From Blastocatellia bacterium (lineage in GTDB: Bacteria > Acidobacteriota > Blastocatellia > UBA7656): 64,000 bases of DNA. The stretch covers positions 160,001-224,000 of the forward strand of contig CAVXWP010000016.1 in the NCBI GenBank assembly GCA_963765495.1, written 5' to 3'. Below, piece by piece: positions 59,319 through 64,000 of the stretch. The first letter of the stretch is position 1. Each line of letters begins with the position of its first letter. The notes below the pieces were generated by a model. The model made no database searches, was not told the DNA's origin, and saw only the letters and a list, made by a program, of their open reading frames with translations. The position numbers and the translations under genes are program-made.

Positions 59319-59780
59319 ATGACACTTCTGTTTGCTTTTCTGATAGGACTGTTTACGGGGTTGCGCTCGCTCACGCCACCAGCGGTGACTGCGTGGGCCG
59401 CGTATCTGGGATGGCTGAAACTCGACCGCCCGCTCTCTTTAATCGGCACGCTTCCTTCGGTAATAATCCTCACCTTGCTCGCAGTCATAGAGCTTGTGGC
59501 CGACAAGCTGCCGAAAACACCCAGCCGCACAGCGCCTCCGGGGCTGATCGCGCGGATCGTTATGGGCTCGCTCGCAGGCGCGTGCGTTGCCGCAGCCGCC
59601 GGGCAGGGCGCTGTTCCCGGCATTCTGCTTGGCGCTCTGGGCGCTGTTGTGGGATGTTTCGGAGGCTATCAGGCACGTAAGCGACTCGTCAAAGCGCTCG
59701 GCACACCCGACCTCTATATCGCCCTGCTTGAAGACATCGTAACCATTGGCGGCAGCCTCTGGATCGTTTCGCGGTTTTGA
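59319..59780 (+). CDS. DUF4126-like membrane protein
   Basis: GLRSLTPPA, ELVADKLPKTPSR, ALLED. Confidence 0.75.
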   Translation: MTLLFAFLIGLFTGLRSLTPPAVTAWAAYLGWLKLDRPLSLIGTLPSVIILTLLAVIELVADKLPKTPSRTAPPGLIARIVMGSLAGACVAAAAGQGAVPGILLGALGAVVGCFGGYQARKRLVKALGTPDLYIALLEDIVTIGGSLWIVSRF

Positions 59781-59906
59781 GCATCCCTTAGATATCAGGG
59801 GGCGAAAGACCTGTTTGATCGATTGAGGCTTGCCGCTTTTATAAACACAGGTGAAAACCACAAGATGAGCACATATACAAGATGAGCACATACAAAGGAG
59901 ATTCTT

Positions 59907-60899
59907 ATGTCAGATAATAAACAACCCGTTCTTGAACCGGCGACCCGCGCATTCATTGACGCCGTCAACGCGCAGGGAGGGACCCCGCTTTATGAGCTTC
60001 CCTACGCCGACGCCCGTCAGGTGCTGGAAAACGCGCAGAAGATAGAGGTCAACAAATTACCGGCCGATGTCGAAGAGCACGTTCTGCCGGTTGGCCCTGA
60101 CGGAGAGGTTTCGGTTCGCATTTACCGCCCGAAGGGGGCCGAAGGGCTTCTGCCTGTCGTGATGTATTTCCACGGCGGCGGCTGGATTTTGGGCAGCAAA
60201 GAGACGCACGACAGACTGCTGCGCGATCTGGTCAACGGGACCGAGGCGGCTTTCGTTTTTGTAAACTACACGCCCTCGCCCGAAGCGCAGTTTCCAGTGC
60301 CGCTCGAAGAGTGCTACGCGGCGACAAAATACATAGGCGAGCACGGCGATCAGTTTGGCTTTGATACCGGCAGGCTTGCTGTGGCCGGTGACAGCGCAGG
60401 CGGAGACTTGTGCGCAGTGGTCACGCATCTTGCCAAAGAGCGCGGAGGCCCGGCGATTCGTTATCAGGTGCTTCTCTATCCGGTGACCGATGGAAGCCTC
60501 TCTCAGAAATCCTATGAAGAGTTTGCAGAAGGTCTGTGGCTGTCGCGGGCTGCGATGGCATGGTTCTGGGACGCATACGCTCCCAATCTGGAAGACCGCA
60601 AGAAGAGCACGGCATCACCTCTACAGGCGACAGAAGAGCAGTTAAAGGGACTGCCTCCGGCGCTCATCATCGTAGACGAAAACGACATTCTGCGTGATGA
60701 AGGCGAAGAGTACGCAAGAAAGCTTATGAAGGCGGGCGTTGAGGTGACGGCGTTGCGGGCTCTTGCGACCCTTCACGATTTCGCGATGTTAAATGCTTTA
60801 GCCAATACGCCCGCAACCAGACTCGTCGTCGAACTGGCTTCGGAAAAGCTCAGATCCGCACTTGCGAGTGACGCTCGAACCACGGCAGCCGGGAAATAG
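59907..60899 (+). CDS. Alpha/beta hydrolase (HSL-family esterase/lipase)
   Basis: HGGGW, GDSAGG, DILRDEG, HDF. Confidence 0.93.
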   Translation: MSDNKQPVLEPATRAFIDAVNAQGGTPLYELPYADARQVLENAQKIEVNKLPADVEEHVLPVGPDGEVSVRIYRPKGAEGLLPVVMYFHGGGWILGSKETHDRLLRDLVNGTEAAFVFVNYTPSPEAQFPVPLEECYAATKYIGEHGDQFGFDTGRLAVAGDSAGGDLCAVVTHLAKERGGPAIRYQVLLYPVTDGSLSQKSYEEFAEGLWLSRAAMAWFWDAYAPNLEDRKKSTASPLQATEEQLKGLPPALIIVDENDILRDEGEEYARKLMKAGVEVTALRALATLHDFAMLNALANTPATRLVVELASEKLRSALASDARTTAAGK

Positions 60900-60968
60900 T
60901 GTCAACCGAAAGCGCCGAACGGAATAATAACCGGGGGACGGGGCATTAATGATCTGGGGGAATAAATC

Positions 60969-61622
60969 ATGAATATCGTCTCGATCAATGTGGGGCTGCC
61001 TCGCGAGGTCGTCTGGAAAGGTAAAAAGGTTGTGACCGGCATCTTCAAGGAGCCGGTCGCTGGAAACCTGCGTCTGCGCGCACTCAATTTCGACGGCGAC
61101 AGGCAGGCCGATTTATCGGTTCACGGCGGGCCGGAAAAAGCGGTCTACGCATATCCGGCGGAGCATTACGACTTCTGGCGAAGCGAATTGCCCGATATGA
61201 AACTGCCCTGGGGAATGTTTGGCGAGAATTTGACCACGACAGGTCTTGATGAAAGTGACCTCAACATCGGAGATCAGTTCCGCATCGGCTCGGCTGTCGT
61301 CAGGGTCACGCAGCCGCGAATGCCTTGCTACAAGCTCGCATTGAAATTCGGGCGTGACGACATCCTCAAGCGATTTCTCGATAGCGGACTAACCGGCTTT
61401 TACTTTGCCGTTCTGAAAGAGGGTGAAGTAAAAGCCGGTGACTCCATCGAACTGGTCGAGCGTGATTCGAGCGGTGTCACGGTGGCAGATATAACTCGAT
61501 TGTACGCGTTTGAGAAAAACAACCTGGACCTGTTGCGGCGAGCTATAAAGGTCGAAGCATTACCTGAAAGCTGGCGGGGTTACTTCGAGCACCGGCTTGA
61601 GAAAATCTCATCAGATCAGTAA
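60969..61622 (+). CDS. MOSC-domain protein (YiiM-like, with 3-alpha domain)
   Basis: GDRQAD..HGGPEKAV, FGENL, QPRMPCYK, TGFY..VL.EG. Confidence 0.92.
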   Translation: MNIVSINVGLPREVVWKGKKVVTGIFKEPVAGNLRLRALNFDGDRQADLSVHGGPEKAVYAYPAEHYDFWRSELPDMKLPWGMFGENLTTTGLDESDLNIGDQFRIGSAVVRVTQPRMPCYKLALKFGRDDILKRFLDSGLTGFYFAVLKEGEVKAGDSIELVERDSSGVTVADITRLYAFEKNNLDLLRRAIKVEALPESWRGYFEHRLEKISSDQ

Positions 61623-61678
61623 AGGCCATCTTAATTACGATAAGAAGCGGCACAAGAATTCATAAAAGGAGCAACACG

Positions 61679-62422
61679 ATGGAGAAAGCACTTACAGGAA
61701 AGGTTGTGCTTGTGACAGGCGGGTCGCGCGGCATAGGTAGGGCGATAGCCGAACGGCTGGCCGATGAAGGAGCGACGGTCGCCATCACATACGTCAATGG
61801 AAAAGAGAAGGCCGAAGAGGTTGTGCTCGCAATCCTTGCGGCGGGCGGGCGGGCGCGGGCCATCCGCGCTGACAGCGCAGACGCGGAGGCGGTCAGAAGC
61901 GCCGTTGCCGAGACGGTTCAAGCCTTTGACCGTCTGGATGTGCTGGTCAACAACGCGGGGATAGCAAAGATTGCGCCGCTTGACGAGTTTTCTCTCGACG
62001 ACTTTGACCGCATGATTTCTGTAAACGTCCGGGGCGTCTTTGCCGCCGCCAAGGAAGCATCCCGTCATATGGGTGAAGGCGGGCGCATCATCACGATAGG
62101 CAGCGTCAACGCCGGGTTCATGCCTTTCGCAGGCGGCAGCGTCTATGCCATGACAAAGGCCGCGGTTGCCGGTCTTACGCGCGGGCTGGCGCGCGACCTG
62201 GGGCCGCGCGGAATCACGGTCAACAACGTACAACCGGGCCCGGTTGACACCGACATGAACCCCGAGGACGGGCCGTTTGCCCCCACCTTGAAAGGTCTGA
62301 TCGCCGTAGGACGCTACGGCCGGGACAAGGAAATAGCCGGGCTGGTCGCCTATCTCGCCAGCCCCGAAGCCGGATACATCACAGGCGCGAGCCTCACCAT
62401 AGACGGCGGCTTCAGCGCCTGA
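61679..62422 (+). CDS. Short-chain dehydrogenase/reductase (BdcA-like)
   Basis: TGGSRGIG, NNAG, YAMTK, QPGPVDTDMNP. Confidence 0.93.
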   Translation: MEKALTGKVVLVTGGSRGIGRAIAERLADEGATVAITYVNGKEKAEEVVLAILAAGGRARAIRADSADAEAVRSAVAETVQAFDRLDVLVNNAGIAKIAPLDEFSLDDFDRMISVNVRGVFAAAKEASRHMGEGGRIITIGSVNAGFMPFAGGSVYAMTKAAVAGLTRGLARDLGPRGITVNNVQPGPVDTDMNPEDGPFAPTLKGLIAVGRYGRDKEIAGLVAYLASPEAGYITGASLTIDGGFSA

Positions 62423-62479
62423 TCGCTTTCGATATGAATTTATAGTTTCTGGTAAGAACGCTCAATAAGGAGTGACAGA

Positions 62480-62516
62480 GTGTCAAAGAGACTCGCGGGA
62501 AAAATCGCAGTCGTCA
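62480..62516 (+). pseudogene. 5' remnant of an SDR gene
   Basis: aaggag RBS, then GTG-SKRLAGKIAVV, breaking off just before the expected TGxxxGIG. Confidence 0.6.
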
Positions 62517-62600
62517 ATAACTCAGCAGGTTCGAATTGACCTGATCCTGATGCGTGGCGGTGATTCCATGCGGCGCTCCAGGATAGTAGATGTCCTTCGC
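62514..62600 (-). pseudogene. 3' remnant of a non-heme haloperoxidase-type alpha/beta hydrolase
   Basis: Minus strand reads AKDIYYPGAPHGITATHQDQVNSNLLSY*, a catalytic-His C-terminal segment with no upstream domain. Confidence 0.65.
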
Positions 62601-62621
62601 GCGGCTCATAAGCCGCGCGAA
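62596..62621. terminator. Perfect 11-bp hairpin at the remnant junction
   Basis: ttcgcgcggct-cata-agccgcgcgaa. Confidence 0.5.
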
Positions 62622-62692
62622 TTCTCAGCCTTCTCTTATTCAGTAACGTCTGCATTTCTCATTCGGTAATTGGCCCTCAGCGCATTCCGGCC

Positions 62693-63148
62693 TCATTTCA
62701 CCGGCACGAGTATCGGAGCCCCTTTGTCCTTGACCAAGATGGCCAATATTTTTGCCGGCCTGGTGTCGCTTGCGTTTCGGCCAACGACGTGAATATCATC
62801 GGGACCCTCGTAAAAGGTCTGTCCCGGTGTGAGCGTCACTTCTTGTCCGCCTTTCACTTGCATGACAACCGAGCCTTCCAGCACGTAAATAAATCCGTGC
62901 GCATTGTGCTTGTGCACGGGGTCTGCTCCACCCGGCGGAAACTCCACGGTAATCATCGAGACTTCCTTACCTGGAATGTCCGCCAGAGTTTTCGACATCA
63001 GCGTCACCACGTCAGGCTGTTGGGCTTTCGCCGTGCTGCTCGCGAGCCAAAGCGCAAGCGTTGAAATTAGACCGACAGCCATCAATGCAGCAAGGGTGCG
63101 CGTGACCTTATTGGTCATTGTCGTGATTCGTTTCTCTCTGCTTAACAT
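62693..63148 (-). CDS. Exported cupin-domain protein
   Basis: PVHKHNAHGFIYVLEG..FYEGPDDIH; signal peptide ending AKA-QQ. Confidence 0.9.
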   Translation of the reverse strand: MLSREKRITTMTNKVTRTLAALMAVGLISTLALWLASSTAKAQQPDVVTLMSKTLADIPGKEVSMITVEFPPGGADPVHKHNAHGFIYVLEGSVVMQVKGGQEVTLTPGQTFYEGPDDIHVVGRNASDTRPAKILAILVKDKGAPILVPVK

Positions 63149-63219
63149 AGCTTTTCTCCTTTCTGAGTTCGTCGGCTTCGCAATCTGAAACCTGCTGATG
63201 TATATCCATCCAATCACGG

Positions 63220-63999
63220 TTACTCAGGCCGCAGGTATTTCTTCAGTTCTGCGGCTGCATGTTCGAACAGGGAACGAACTGCCGGTTCCGTCGCTAAAGC
63301 ATTCAACAATCCGAAGTCGTGGATCATGCCGTTGTAACGCACAGTGGTGACCTTAACACCCGCTACGTCCAGCTTGCGGCCGTATGCTTCGCCTTCGTCG
63401 CGCAGGATATCGCTTTCCGCGACCTGGATCAGTGCCGGAGGCAGTCCCTTCAGTTGTTCGATCGATGCTTGCAAGGGCGATGCATAGATTTCTTTGCGTT
63501 GTTGAGGGTCAGTCGTGTAGAGGTCATACATCCACTTCATCAACGGCGTAGTGAGGAAACGCTTCTCGCCAAATTGTTTGTAAGACTCTGTCTCGAAATC
63601 GGCATCCACAATCGGCCACATCATTATCTGAAGTTTGATTTCCGGGCCGCCGTGTTCCTTAGCCTTCAGCGCGGTCACCGCGGTCATATTGCCGCCGACG
63701 CTGTTGCCCACGACAGCGAGGTTTTTCCCGTCCACCCCGATCTCCTCGCCGTGTTCGGCTACCCATTTAGTGGCTGCAAAGATTTCGTTTATCGCTTGCG
63801 GATATCTGGCGTCAGGGGTGCGCGTGTAGTTGACGAAGACTCCGGCAAAGCCTGTGAGGACAACAAGGTCCCGTACCATCCGCTTGTGTGTCGGGTAATC
63901 GCCCAGCACCCAGCCCCCGCCATGAATGAAGATGAAGACAGGCAGCTTACCTTCGACTCCTTCCGGGCGCACGATGTTCAGTTTGATCGTGTAACCATC
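63220..63999 (-). CDS. Alpha/beta hydrolase (HSL family), 5' end outside window
   Basis: HGGGW, GNSVGG, DILRDEG, HDF. Frame is open to the window edge. Confidence 0.9.
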   Translation of the reverse strand, partial: DGYTIKLNIVRPEGVEGKLPVFIFIHGGGWVLGDYPTHKRMVRDLVVLTGFAGVFVNYTRTPDARYPQAINEIFAATKWVAEHGEEIGVDGKNLAVVGNSVGGNMTAVTALKAKEHGGPEIKLQIMMWPIVDADFETESYKQFGEKRFLTTPLMKWMYDLYTTDPQQRKEIYASPLQASIEQLKGLPPALIQVAESDILRDEGEAYGRKLDVAGVKVTTVRYNGMIHDFGLLNALATEPAVRSLFEHAAAELKKYLRPE

Positions 64000-64000
64000 A

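Noticed and set aside
1-64000. tRNA/rRNA genes, transposases, integrases, prophage genes, cytochrome c maturation genes
   Set aside because: None were recognisable in this window. The maturation system must be encoded elsewhere.

Overview
Bacterial chromosomal window of moderately high GC. Gene content suggests an Acidobacteriota-like (Blastocatellia-like) organism; this is inference, as there are no marker genes. There are four blocks. (1) 1-25.5 kb is a large, apparently uncharacterised redox/signalling island. It holds a secreted truncated globin and a divergent double GlcG/HbpS-type heme-binding protein. A + strand run follows: tetraheme cytochrome-beta-barrel fusion, giant multiheme/LVIVD protein, three small multiheme cytochromes, cNMP-binding/4x[4Fe-4S]/membrane protein, FHA-heptaheme-ferredoxin-NAD(P)H flavoprotein fusion, cyclic-nucleotide phosphodiesterase and FHA-GAF-adenylate cyclase. 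This run converges on two MscS-cNMP channels. I count 41 canonical CXXCH heme motifs. The block reads as a cAMP/phosphothreonine-controlled trans-envelope electron conduit. (2) 25.5-43.7 kb is a minus-strand glucose/pentose-phosphate cluster (tkt, tal-pgi fusion, HAD, two gnd, ppgK-like, pgl, zwf, opcA, glk) plus a GH63 glucosidase. (3) 43.9-55.9 kb has PP2C and FHA genes, a beta-propeller phytase, a secreted kinase-fold protein, a LON_N protein and a two-component system. (4) 56-64 kb has an ABC-ATPase/partner pair that looks like a defence insert, then SDR/esterase/MOSC/cupin genes with a deletion scar. Intergenic spaces repeatedly carry inverted heptamer-repeat elements, several overlapping stop codons, forming at least two dispersed families. 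No rRNA, tRNA, CRISPR array or transposase was seen.
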